Part shown: positions 29,943 to 39,491 of the stretch, in pieces
Numbering within the stretch: the first letter of the stretch is position 1
How the letters are laid out: every line of letters starts with the position of its first letter
From: Desulfomicrobium sp.
GTDB taxonomy: Bacteria > Desulfobacterota > Desulfovibrionia > Desulfovibrionales > Desulfomicrobiaceae
DNA length: 64,000 bases
Direction of reading: 5' to 3'
Assembly (NCBI GenBank): GCA_040768745.1
Contig: JAXGMI010000003.1
Location: 202,333 to 266,332, forward strand
The notes under the pieces: generated by a model
The model's input: only the letters and a program-made list of their open reading frames with translations
What the model was told of the DNA's origin: nothing
The model's database searches: none
Program-made: the position numbers and the translations under genes

Positions 29943-31577
29943 ATGTTCAAGAGACTTCTCGTCAGCCTCGCATTCCTGCTGCTCTGCGCCGCACAGGTCT
30001 CGGCGGAGGTCAAGACCTTCGCGGTCCTGCCCTTTGGCGTGCACGGCCCGCAGGAATATCAATATCTGAGCCAGGGCATCCAGAGCATGCTGACCACCCG
30101 CCTGACCTGGCCCGACACCTTCACGCCGTTGGATGCCGGGACGGTCAAGAAGGCCGTGACTGCACCTCCCGCCGATGCCGCCGCTGCCACCAAAATCCGC
30201 CAGGCCCTGGGTACTGATTACCTGGTGTGGGGTTCCCTGACCGTCATGGGTCAGGAATGCAGCCTGGACGTCAACACGCTGGATCCTGCGGGTCAGAACA
30301 CTCCCCATCCGGTCCAGACCACCTTGAGCCAGGTCATCCCCAGTTTGGAAACCGTGTCCAAGAACATCAATGCGCAGGTCTTCGGCAAGCCCGAAACAGC
30401 CGTGGCCAAGGCCCAGCCCGCGGTCCAGCCCATGAACCAGGCCCTCATCGTCAACGAGACCCAGGGCGGTACGGCCTATGCCAACCCCTCCCTCAAGTAT
30501 CAGGACATGGATGCGAGCATGGGCCGCTGGCGCAGTCAGACCCTGCCTGTTGCCTCGCGCGGCATGGTCGTCTGCGACGGGGACGGGGACGGCAAGAATG
30601 AAGTCTTCATGCTGACCGAGACCACCCTGTTCGCCTTTCGCATTCAGCAGAACGAGATGCGCGAGGTCGCAAAGCTGGAGCTGCCCAAACATGTCAACTT
30701 CGTGCGGCTGAACAGCATCGACCTGAACCGCGACGGTCGCCACGAACTGGTCATTGCCGGGGCCATGGACAAGGACCCGCGGTCCCTTGTGGTGGGATTC
30801 GAAGGCGGGAAATTCTCCATGCAGGCCGACCGCATTCCCTACTTCCTGGGCGTTCTGAACATGCCGCCGGCCTTCACCCCCACCCTGGTGGGCCAGGGCG
30901 TGGGCCAGATGAAATACCTGGACAGCAAGATCCACCAGATGATCAAGGCCGAGGGCACGTATGCCCTCGGACCGGCCGTGGACCTGCCCATGGGCGGCAC
31001 AGTCTTCAACACGACCTTCCTCCCTTTTGAAGACGGGCACCAGATCATCATGGTCGACGACTTCGACCGCATGCGCATCTACAGCTCCACGGGCGCCCTC
31101 CTGACCGTCACCGAAGAAACCTATGCCGGGTCCAACCTGGGTGTGGAATACAGCACCGCCCCTCTCGGGCTCAACCCCCCGCGCGCCACGGAGGTTCCGC
31201 CGGACAAGGTCTTCATCCCTCTGCGGGGCATTCCCACAAACCTGGACAAGGACAAACGTTATGAACTGATCATCAGCCGGAACATCTCGGTCTCGGCCCA
31301 GATTTTCTCCAACTACCGCGACTACCCCCAGGGCGAGATCCATTCCCTGTACTGGGACGGGGTGGGCATGAGCCTGCAATGGAAGACGGCCCGCATCAAG
31401 GGCACGGTGACCGACTATGCCCTGGCCGACCTGGACAATGACGGGACCCTGGATCTGGTGGTCAACATCAACACCCACACCGGCATGGTCGGCACGGCCA
31501 AGAAAAAGACCATGATCGTGGCCTACCCCCTGGATTTGTCCCAGGCAGGGGGGACGATTCAAAAAAATGTACCGTAA
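29943..31577 (+). CDS. Secreted FG-GAP/VCBS repeat protein
   Basis: Signal peptide; DGDGDGKNE, DLNRDGRHEL, DLDNDGTLDLV repeats. Confidence 0.85.
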   Translation: MFKRLLVSLAFLLLCAAQVSAEVKTFAVLPFGVHGPQEYQYLSQGIQSMLTTRLTWPDTFTPLDAGTVKKAVTAPPADAAAATKIRQALGTDYLVWGSLTVMGQECSLDVNTLDPAGQNTPHPVQTTLSQVIPSLETVSKNINAQVFGKPETAVAKAQPAVQPMNQALIVNETQGGTAYANPSLKYQDMDASMGRWRSQTLPVASRGMVVCDGDGDGKNEVFMLTETTLFAFRIQQNEMREVAKLELPKHVNFVRLNSIDLNRDGRHELVIAGAMDKDPRSLVVGFEGGKFSMQADRIPYFLGVLNMPPAFTPTLVGQGVGQMKYLDSKIHQMIKAEGTYALGPAVDLPMGGTVFNTTFLPFEDGHQIIMVDDFDRMRIYSSTGALLTVTEETYAGSNLGVEYSTAPLGLNPPRATEVPPDKVFIPLRGIPTNLDKDKRYELIISRNISVSAQIFSNYRDYPQGEIHSLYWDGVGMSLQWKTARIKGTVTDYALADLDNDGTLDLVVNINTHTGMVGTAKKKTMIVAYPLDLSQAGGTIQKNVP

Positions 31578-31699
31578 AAAAAATTTAACTTTGAGGGAAA
31601 ATCGAGGGAAAAAAGCTTGCTTTTTGAACTCGAGTTGCCGTAGTTGAAACCCAAGCGTCAGGTAATTCGTTTGTTTTTTAATGCTAAAGGAGGAAGAGC

Positions 31700-33046
31700 A
31701 TGAAACGTTTTGCACTCGTAGCCCTGTTGGCCGCCATGATGTTTGGCATTGCCACCAGCGCTTCCGCGACCGAACTGAAAGTGAAAGGCAATTTGGACGT
31801 CTACGGATTGTGGTCGGCCAACCTGCGTGATTTCGACTCCGATGTCAGCGACGGTGACAATTTCGGCGCCACCCAGCGTATGCGCACCTACTTCACCTTC
31901 CTGGCCAACGAGAACCTGAAGGCGGTCCTGGGCCTGGAAATCAACACCGATTGGGGCCAGGGCGCCGGCGGCGACTGGGGTACTGACGGCACGACCGACA
32001 CCCGCGTCAAGCACGCCTATATCGATTTCAACTTTCCGGACACCAAGATCAACACCAAGGCCGGCCTGCAGGCTATCTCCCTGCCCGGCGTCTTCGGCAA
32101 CCCTGTTTTCAGTGACGACGCCGCTTCCGTGGTGGTCAGCGCCCCCATCACCGACATGTTCGGCCTGGCCGTCGGGTATACCCGCGGCGCAGACCGCTAC
32201 GACCCCAATGATGTCAGCTTCAACAGAAACACCGGCGAGTTTGCTGACTATCCCGACCAGGACGACATGGACATGGTCTTCCTGCTCGCCCCCATCAAGC
32301 TGGAAGGTTTCGCGGTCACTCCGTACTTCGCCTATGCCATGGTTGGCGAGAACGTGTCCTTTGCTGGCCAGCAGGGCTTGGATACCGGCAATGCCGCCTA
32401 TGGGAATTACCTCCTTGACGATTCCACCATCTGGGTTGCTGGCGCCAACGCCAAGCTGACCGTGTTCGACCCGCTGACCTTTGCCGCTGACCTGATCTAC
32501 GGCGTCGGCGAGAACGACGACTACGAGACCAAGGGCTGGTATGCCGCCCTGGCCGGGTCCTACAAGTTCTCCATGCTGACCGCCACCCTGTTCGGCACCT
32601 ACGGCACCGGCGCGGACGACGAGGACGACGAGGACAACTTCCTGCCGACCCTGGCCGAAGCCTGGGAAATCACCCCTTACCTGGGTGGCAAGCGCGCCTT
32701 CAACACCGGCTGGTCTGATACAGGCTTCTTCACCGGCACCACCGTCACCGGCCGGGATGGAACCGGTATCTGGACCGTCGGCCTGAGCTTGGACAAGATC
32801 ACCTTTGTGGACAAGCTGTCCCACAGCCTGACCTTCGCTTATGCCCAGGGCACATCCGATGAAGACGCCGACGTGCTTTTCGACGAAGACGACTCCGCCT
32901 GGGAAGTGTACATGGTCAACAAGTACATGATCTACGAAAATCTGGCCGCCATCAACGAACTGGGCTTCTTCGCCCCGGATCTCGAAGATGCCGACGATGC
33001 CGACAACTCCTACTTCGCCACCATCGGCTTCAAGTACGACTTCTAA
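31700..33046 (+). CDS. Outer membrane homotrimeric porin (Desulfovibrio type), paralog 1
   Basis: Signal peptide ASA/TELKVKG, QRMRTYF, ENLKAVLGLEI, KHAYIDF, C-terminal F. Confidence 0.88.
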   Translation: MKRFALVALLAAMMFGIATSASATELKVKGNLDVYGLWSANLRDFDSDVSDGDNFGATQRMRTYFTFLANENLKAVLGLEINTDWGQGAGGDWGTDGTTDTRVKHAYIDFNFPDTKINTKAGLQAISLPGVFGNPVFSDDAASVVVSAPITDMFGLAVGYTRGADRYDPNDVSFNRNTGEFADYPDQDDMDMVFLLAPIKLEGFAVTPYFAYAMVGENVSFAGQQGLDTGNAAYGNYLLDDSTIWVAGANAKLTVFDPLTFAADLIYGVGENDDYETKGWYAALAGSYKFSMLTATLFGTYGTGADDEDDEDNFLPTLAEAWEITPYLGGKRAFNTGWSDTGFFTGTTVTGRDGTGIWTVGLSLDKITFVDKLSHSLTFAYAQGTSDEDADVLFDEDDSAWEVYMVNKYMIYENLAAINELGFFAPDLEDADDADNSYFATIGFKYDF

Positions 33047-33072
33047 GCAAAGCCTACACACCTGACGCCTGC

Positions 33073-33106
33073 GGGCCGGAGACGCAAAACTCCGGCCCTT
33101 TTTTTT
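33073..33106 (+). terminator. Rho-independent terminator
   Basis: GGGCCGGAG-ACGCAAAA-CTCCGGCCC + T8. Confidence 0.85.
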
Positions 33107-33403
33107 CCGGCGCATCCGGTTTGAGCGGACGCGCACAGATGGGCTCTTACAGCAATACTCCGAGCTTTCGACAGAACACAGCGGGTGAACATGACGTTTG
33201 ATTCGTCTTCGCGAGGCGTCTGCGCCGTGGCGATCCATGCGGATACCTCATCTCCTCCCTGCCCTTGCCGATCGGTCGGTACATTTTTTTTAACTTTCCC
33301 TGAAAATATGCCCAAAAAGGGATTGCTTTTTGTACCTTCTTTAATCTAGAAAATTGAGTTGGCGTCAGATGTCATTCATTATTGCAAAAGGAGAAAGTGT
33401 TCT

Positions 33404-34705
33404 ATGAAACGTTGTGCACTCGTTGCTCTGCTGGCCGCCATGCTGTTCGGCCTTGCCTTCAGCGCTTCCGCCACCGAGCTGAAGGTCAAAGGCAATCTGG
33501 ACGTTCACGGCCTGTGGTCAGCAAACCTGAGAGATTTTGATTCCGACACTGCTGATGGGGACAACTACTACACCACCCAGCGCATGCGCACCTACTTCAC
33601 CTTCCTGCAGAGCGAAAACCTGAAGGCGGTCCTGGGCCTGGAAATCAACACGGACTGGGGCCAGGGCTCCGGTGGCGACTGGGGTACCGACGGCACCCTC
33701 GACACCCGCGTCAAGCACGCCTACATCGATTTCAAGTTCCCGGACACGGCCATCAACGTCAAGGCCGGTTTGCAGGGAATCTCCCTGCCGAGCATCTTCG
33801 GCAACCCGGTTTTTGATGACGACGCCGCCGCCCTGGTGGTCAGCGCCCCCATCAACGATATGTTCGGCCTGACCGTCGGGTATACCCGCGGCGCAGACCG
33901 CAACGACAATAACGATGTCAGCTTCAACAGAATGACCGGGGAGTTCACAGATTATGCCGACCAGGACGACATGGACATGGCTTTCCTGGCCGCCCCCATC
34001 ACCCTGGACGCCTTTGCCCTGACCCCCTACTTCGCCTATGCCATGATCGGCGAGAACACGGGCTATTCCTACCAGAATAATGATGACTCCACTGTGTGGA
34101 TCGTGGGTGCCAATGCGGAACTGACCGTGTTCGACCCCCTGACCTTTGCCGCTGACGTGATCTACGGCGTTGGCGAAAGCGACGACTACGAGACCAAGGG
34201 CTGGTATGCCGATCTGGCCGCGTCCTACAAGTTCTCCATGCTGACCGCCACCCTGTTCGGCACCTACGGCACCGGCGCGGACGACGAGGACGACGAAGAC
34301 AACTTCCTGCCCACCCTGGCTGAAGGCTGGGAACTGACCCCCTACCTTGGCGGCCTCCGCGCCTTCAGCACCGCTGCCTCTGACGGCTTCTTCACCGACA
34401 CCGTGGGCGTGGGCAACTCCGGAACCGGCCTGTGGACTGTCGGCGTGAAGCTGGCCGACATCACCTTTGTCGACAAGCTGTCCCACAACCTGACTGTGCT
34501 GTACGCCAGGGGCACCTCCGACGAAGACGCCGACGTGTGGTTCGACGAAGAAGACTCCGCCTGGGAAGTGTACATGGTCAACAAGTACATGATCTACGAG
34601 AACCTGGCCGCCATCAACGAACTGGGCTTCTTCGCCCTGGATCATGACGATGCGGATACCGACAACTCCTACTTCGGTTCTGTCGGCTTGTCCTACAAGT
34701 TCTAG
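33404..34705 (+). CDS. Outer membrane homotrimeric porin, paralog 2
   Basis: Highly similar to paralog 1; AAGGAG RBS; C-terminal F. Confidence 0.88.
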   Translation: MKRCALVALLAAMLFGLAFSASATELKVKGNLDVHGLWSANLRDFDSDTADGDNYYTTQRMRTYFTFLQSENLKAVLGLEINTDWGQGSGGDWGTDGTLDTRVKHAYIDFKFPDTAINVKAGLQGISLPSIFGNPVFDDDAAALVVSAPINDMFGLTVGYTRGADRNDNNDVSFNRMTGEFTDYADQDDMDMAFLAAPITLDAFALTPYFAYAMIGENTGYSYQNNDDSTVWIVGANAELTVFDPLTFAADVIYGVGESDDYETKGWYADLAASYKFSMLTATLFGTYGTGADDEDDEDNFLPTLAEGWELTPYLGGLRAFSTAASDGFFTDTVGVGNSGTGLWTVGVKLADITFVDKLSHNLTVLYARGTSDEDADVWFDEEDSAWEVYMVNKYMIYENLAAINELGFFALDHDDADTDNSYFGSVGLSYKF

Positions 34706-34732
34706 TTCTGGTTTTTTCATCTGACGCCCCAA

Positions 34733-34766
34733 GGGCCGGAGACGCAAAACTCCGGCCTTTTTTTTT
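34733..34766 (+). terminator. Rho-independent terminator (same hairpin as after porin 1)
   Basis: GGCCGGAGACGCAAAACTCCGGCC + T9. Confidence 0.85.
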
Positions 34767-34894
34767 GCCAGCAACCCGTTCATCGCTCATTAACCTGGCG
34801 TGTCCCGGTTCACGGCCGATGAAGGGTTTGACTTTTCAGGGGTTGGCGGCATAGAAAATGGCGTTGGACAATACGTCTCCCTTGGGGACGAGAC

Positions 34895-34918
34895 GGATTC
34901 CCGCGAAGGCGGGAATCC
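34895..34918. repeat. REP-like palindrome
   Basis: GGATTCCCGC-GAAG-GCGGGAATCC. Confidence 0.75.
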
Positions 34919-34970
34919 AAGTCTTTGCCCGGGCAATCCGCACGCCCGGAACAGCAACATGAGAACATCG

Positions 34971-36272
34971 ATGCCCTTACATTCCATATCCTATTCTTCT
35001 TCCCAAGATTGGCCAGCCATCTCCTCCTGGCTGTCCCGCCGGGATGCATCCGCGGACAATGTCGAACCCCTGGTGCGCGACATCCTGGCCGCTGTCCGGG
35101 AACGCGGCGACGAAGCGGTCATCGGGTATGCCAGACGGTTCGACTGCCCGACCTTCTCCGCGGAACAGCTGGCCGTGTCCGGAAAGCAGATCGCCCGCGC
35201 CCTGGACCACATCCCAGCCGAGGATGCCGGGATCATCGCCGAGGCCGCCGGCAACATCCGCTCTTTTCACGAGCATCAGAAACAGCGCTCCTGGATCACC
35301 ACCCCCGCCCCCGGCACGACCCTGGGCCAGCTCATCCTGCCTGTGGACCGGGCCGGGCTGTATGTCCCCGGCGGTCAGGGCGGGGAGACGCCCCTCATCT
35401 CCAGCCTGATGATGAACGCCATCCCGGCGCAGGTGGCCGGGGTGAAGAGCATCTGCGTGGTCAGCCCCCCCCGCAAGGACGGTTCGTTGAATCCCTATAT
35501 CCTTGCCACGGCGGCCATTCTCGGCATCGACACGGTCTTTCTGTGCGGGTCGGCCTGGGCCATTGCGGCCCTGGCCTACGGCACGGCCAGCATTCCGCGG
35601 GTCGATGTCATCGCCGGTCCTGGCAATATCTTCGTGACCACGGCCAAGCGCCTTCTGGTCGGCCAGGTCGGCATCGACATGATCGCCGGACCGAGTGAAA
35701 TCGCCATCCTGGCCGACTCCTCGGCCAACCCGAAATGGCTGGCCGCTGACATGCTCTCCCAGGCCGAGCACGACCCCCTGGCTTCAAGCCTCCTGGTTTC
35801 GCCTGATGCCGCGTTGCTGCACGCCGTCAGGGATGAACTCGCGGTCCAGCTTTCCGCCCTGCCCCGGGCCGAGATCGCGGCCAAGGCCATGTCCGACTGG
35901 AGCGCGCTGATCCAGGTGCCCAGCCTGGAAGCCGGCATGGACCTGATCAACCTGCTCGCCCCTGAGCATTTCGAGCTGTGCGTGTCCGACCCGTGGCCCC
36001 TGCTCGGCATGGTCCGCAATGCCGGCGCGGTGTTCATGGGCCACAGCACCCCCGAGCCCGTGGGCGACTATTTCGCCGGGCCCAACCACGTCCTGCCGAC
36101 CCTGTCCACGGCCCGCTTCTCCTCGGCCTTGTCCGTGGACACATTCTGCAAAAAAACAAGCCTCATCAGCACGGACATGCGGTACATGCAAACCCATGGC
36201 CGTAAAATTTCCCGTTTGGCCCGGCTGGAGGGCCTTGAAGCCCATGCCCGCAGCGTGGAGCAACGACTGTAA
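34971..36272 (+). CDS. hisD: Histidinol dehydrogenase
   Basis: GLYVPGG, IDMIAGPSE, SQAEHD, APEH, GDYFAGPNHVLPT, EGLEAHA. Confidence 0.96.
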   Translation: MPLHSISYSSSQDWPAISSWLSRRDASADNVEPLVRDILAAVRERGDEAVIGYARRFDCPTFSAEQLAVSGKQIARALDHIPAEDAGIIAEAAGNIRSFHEHQKQRSWITTPAPGTTLGQLILPVDRAGLYVPGGQGGETPLISSLMMNAIPAQVAGVKSICVVSPPRKDGSLNPYILATAAILGIDTVFLCGSAWAIAALAYGTASIPRVDVIAGPGNIFVTTAKRLLVGQVGIDMIAGPSEIAILADSSANPKWLAADMLSQAEHDPLASSLLVSPDAALLHAVRDELAVQLSALPRAEIAAKAMSDWSALIQVPSLEAGMDLINLLAPEHFELCVSDPWPLLGMVRNAGAVFMGHSTPEPVGDYFAGPNHVLPTLSTARFSSALSVDTFCKKTSLISTDMRYMQTHGRKISRLARLEGLEAHARSVEQRL

Positions 36273-36284
36273 CCCGGAGGTTGC

Positions 36285-37184
36285 ATGAACATCGTCACCA
36301 AGACCAATATCCGCGAATTCCCCCTCCTTTCGCGCGGAAAAGTTCGCGATATCTATGAAATCGATGCGCAGACCCTGCTCATCGTGACCACGGACCGCAT
36401 GTCCGCCTTTGACGTGGTCATGAACGAGGCCATCCCGTACAAAGGCGTGGTCCTGAACCGGATCACCGTGTTCTGGATGGACACATTCAAGGATCTGGTC
36501 GCCAATCACCTCCTGGCCACGGATGTGCGCGACTTCCCGGCGGCCCTGACCCCGTATCACGACCAGCTGGAAGGGCGGGCAGTGCTGGTCCGACGGGCCA
36601 GGCCCCTGCCCATCGAATGCATCGTGCGCGGCTACCTGACCGGCTCGGGCTACAAGGACTATCTCGCCACGGGCTCGGTCAGCGGCCACAAGCTCCCGGC
36701 CGGACTGGTCGACGCGGACAAGCTGGAAAAACCTCTGTTCACCCCGTCCACCAAGGCCGATCTTGGCCAGCACGACGAGAACATCAGCCTGGCCGACGCC
36801 AAATCCCGCATCGGCGAAGGACTGGTCAAAAAAGTGCAGGATCTGTCCTTGGCCATCTACTCCCGCGGCCGGGATCTGGCTGCCAGCCGTGGCATCATCA
36901 TCGCCGACACCAAATTCGAGTTTGGTCTGGACGGCAAGGAACTTCTGCTCATCGACGAGGTGCTGACCCCGGATTCCTCCCGCTTCTGGCCGGCCGGCCA
37001 GTACGCGCCTGGGAAATCCCAGCCCAGCTTCGACAAGCAGTATCTGCGGGACTGGCTGAGCGGCACCGGGTGGGACAAGACCCCGCCTCCGCCGGCTCTC
37101 CCGGCCGAAGTCATCGCCGAGACACAGAAGAAATACCTGGAAGCCTACGAACTGCTGACTGGCGAACCCTTGCAATTGCCGTAA
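36285..37184 (+). CDS. purC: SAICAR synthase
   Basis: GKVRDIY, DRMSAFD, ECIVRGY, DTKFEFG, DEVLTPDSSRFW. Confidence 0.96.
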   Translation: MNIVTKTNIREFPLLSRGKVRDIYEIDAQTLLIVTTDRMSAFDVVMNEAIPYKGVVLNRITVFWMDTFKDLVANHLLATDVRDFPAALTPYHDQLEGRAVLVRRARPLPIECIVRGYLTGSGYKDYLATGSVSGHKLPAGLVDADKLEKPLFTPSTKADLGQHDENISLADAKSRIGEGLVKKVQDLSLAIYSRGRDLAASRGIIIADTKFEFGLDGKELLLIDEVLTPDSSRFWPAGQYAPGKSQPSFDKQYLRDWLSGTGWDKTPPPPALPAEVIAETQKKYLEAYELLTGEPLQLP

Positions 37185-37197
37185 GGCGCAACCCAAC

Positions 37198-37974
37198 ATG
37201 GAGAAGCACATGCTCGTCCAAGGAAAAAAAGCTTTGATCTTCGGAGTGGCCAACGACAAGAGCATCGCCTACGCCATTGCCAAGGAACTCAAGGAGAATG
37301 GCGCATCCATTGCCCTTTCCTATGCCGGCGAGGCCCTCAAAAAACGGGTCGAACCGATTCACGAGGAACTGAACGGGGACTTCCTCTTCCAGTGCGACGT
37401 GACCGACGACCAGGCCCTGGTCCAATCCGCCGAGCTGGTGAAGGAGAAATGGGGCAATTTCGATATCCTGGTCCATTCCATAGCCTTTGCCAACCGCGAC
37501 GATCTGAAAGGCCGCTATGTCGACACGCCCCGGGCAGGGTTCCATTTGGCCATGGACATTTCGGCCTATTCCCTGGTGGCCCTGTGTCAGGCCTTTGAGA
37601 AGATGATCAATGACCACGGCTCGATCATGGCCATGACCTATTACGGGTCCGAGAAAGTCATCCCCAATTACAACATCATGGGCGTGGCCAAGGCCGCCCT
37701 GGAAACCAGCGTCCGCTATCTGGCCATGGACCTGGGCGAGCGGGGAATCCGGGTCAACGCCATCAGCGCCGGTCCCCTCAAGACCCTGGCCTCGTCCGGC
37801 ATCTCCGGCTTCAAAACCATTCTGTCCACCATCGAGGAGCGCGCCCCCCTGCGCCGCAACATCGTGCAGGAAGACGTGGGCAAGACCGGACTGTTCCTGG
37901 CCTCGGACCTGTCCCTGTCCATCACCGGGGAAGTCATCCACGTGGACTCCGGCTACAACATCATGGGGATCTGA
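37198..37974 (+). CDS. fabI: Enoyl-ACP reductase
   Basis: GVANDKSIA, HSIAFA, YNIMGVAKAALE, SAGPLKTLA. Confidence 0.95.
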   Translation: MEKHMLVQGKKALIFGVANDKSIAYAIAKELKENGASIALSYAGEALKKRVEPIHEELNGDFLFQCDVTDDQALVQSAELVKEKWGNFDILVHSIAFANRDDLKGRYVDTPRAGFHLAMDISAYSLVALCQAFEKMINDHGSIMAMTYYGSEKVIPNYNIMGVAKAALETSVRYLAMDLGERGIRVNAISAGPLKTLASSGISGFKTILSTIEERAPLRRNIVQEDVGKTGLFLASDLSLSITGEVIHVDSGYNIMGI

Positions 37975-38000
37975 TCCATTCCCGGACATCAGACGACATC

Positions 38001-38029
38001 AAACCCCTTCCCGCGAAGGGGTTTTTTTT
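38001..38029 (+). terminator. Rho-independent terminator
   Basis: AAACCCCTTC-CCGC-GAAGGGGTTT + T run. Confidence 0.85.
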
Positions 38030-38084
38030 CGCCTTCAATCCTCTTTCCGATTCATTGTTCACGACCCCGCCCCCCGATGAAGAT

Positions 38085-38230
38085 GGATTCCCGCCTTCGC
38101 GGGAATGACGCTTCCGGTCTCGTCAATTCTTCTTCCTATTCGGCCTTCCGATGAATAACGGACCGTCCGCGCAACATCCGGGCATTCCCGCGCACGTGTG
38201 CACAGCATGGGCAGGTGGGAATCCATCTTC
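38085..38230. repeat. Inverted pair of REP-like palindromes; second copy has a 19-nt insert
   Basis: GGATTCCCGCCTTCGCGGGAATGACG (38085-38110) and CATTCCCGCGC[19 nt]AGGTGGGAATCCATCTTC (38183-38230). Confidence 0.75.
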
Positions 38231-38273
38231 CTGCAGCCAACCGCGACAACAATTCCGTCCTCCAGCGCCTCAA

Positions 38274-38447
38274 GGTCCGTTGGCGGCGGGGCATTCGACC
38301 CCGTCGGCTGTCTGACTGAGCCAGGCATCGTTTGTTGAATCGTTGTCTGACGCGCGGCCTGGATTTCGCACACGACACGCAACGATTCAACTCTAAGAGG
38401 CCAGCGAAGGAGTTCCGGCGGGTCGAATGCCCCGCCGCCAACGGACC
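38274..38447. repeat. Element bounded by a perfect 28-bp inverted repeat (REPIN/MITE-like)
   Basis: GGTCCGTTGGCGGCGGGGCATTCGACCC (38274-38301) and its exact reverse complement (38420-38447). Confidence 0.8.
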
Positions 38448-38593
38448 GCCTCGCGCATACCTCACACCTCATGCCTCATACCGCTTGCATCTTCCGCAAG
38501 CCGCAGCCCCTTCCTTTCCAACCGCCACCTTGCGCCGCGCCCGAAGATGCTTATTTCCCAATACTTCAACACCATAAACCGGAGGCCACCCTC

Positions 38594-39025
38594 ATGGAAA
38601 AAATACACGCCGTCTGTCCCAACTGCCAGGCCGTCAACGCCGTGCTGGCCGAGCGCATCCCCCAGCAACCTGTCTGCGGGAAATGCGGGACCGCACTCCT
38701 GTCCGGCCATCCCGTGGATCTCACGGACCTGACCTTCGACCGCCTCATTTCCCGCTCCACCCTGCCCGTGGTGGTCGATTTCTGGGCGCCCTGGTGCGGG
38801 CCCTGCAAGATGATGGGCCCGGCCTTCGCGCAGGCCGCTGCCGCGCTGCAAGGGCAGGCGGTTCTGGCCAAACTGGACACCGAATCCCACGGAACAGTGG
38901 CGTCCAGGTTTGGAATCCAGTCCGTGCCCAGCATGATCCTGTTCCGTCAGGGCAGGGAAACAGCCCGTACGGCCGGGGCCATGCCCCCCGGGCAGATCCT
39001 GTCCTGGGTGCGCCAGCATCTCTAG
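38594..39025 (+). CDS. trxC: Thioredoxin 2 (Zn-finger N-terminus)
   Basis: CPNC...CGKC and DFWAPWCGPC. Confidence 0.93.
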   Translation: MEKIHAVCPNCQAVNAVLAERIPQQPVCGKCGTALLSGHPVDLTDLTFDRLISRSTLPVVVDFWAPWCGPCKMMGPAFAQAAAALQGQAVLAKLDTESHGTVASRFGIQSVPSMILFRQGRETARTAGAMPPGQILSWVRQHL

Positions 39026-39115
39026 ACATTGTGCGGAAACGGAAATTGCGGCACCCCGACAATTTTCCACTTGCCAAAGAAATTCGCGTGACATAGAGAC
39101 GGATTTCTCTCGCGC

Positions 39116-39207
39116 GGAGAGGTGGCCGAGTCTGGCTTAAGGCGCACGCCTGGAAAGTGTGTGTACCTTAACGGGTACCGGAGGTTCAAATCCTCTCCTC
39201 TCCGCCA
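39116..39207 (+). tRNA. tRNA-Ser(GGA)
   Basis: GGAGAGG/CCTCTCC acceptor stem, CT-GGA-AA loop, long variable arm, TTCAAATCC, CCA. Confidence 0.95.
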
Positions 39208-39219
39208 CTCCTACAAATT

Positions 39220-39310
39220 GAGCGAAGCCGGGTGGCGGAAACGCTGCCAACCCCGTCAGGTCTGAAAGGAAGCAGCGGTAACAGTTGTTTTCGGGTACCT
39301 GGCTTCCCTG
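39220..39310 (+). ncRNA. ffs: Signal recognition particle RNA (4.5S)
   Basis: Domain IV TCAGGTCTGAAAGGAAGCAGC inside a long hairpin GAAGCCGGGT...ACCTGGCTTC; ends approximate. Confidence 0.9.
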
Positions 39311-39491
39311 GCAGGTGCGACATGTTCGTTCCTGCCTTTTCTTTTTTCTCCCCCCTTGACGCCGCCCTGAATCCATCCAATGAAGAATGGATGGCATATC
39401 GACATTGAATCCATCAATGCCCCCCATTTGTGTTTTCAGTTTCAATCTGAATACAATTTCAGGTACTGCCAAAATTCCTCAAGGAGGAGCC

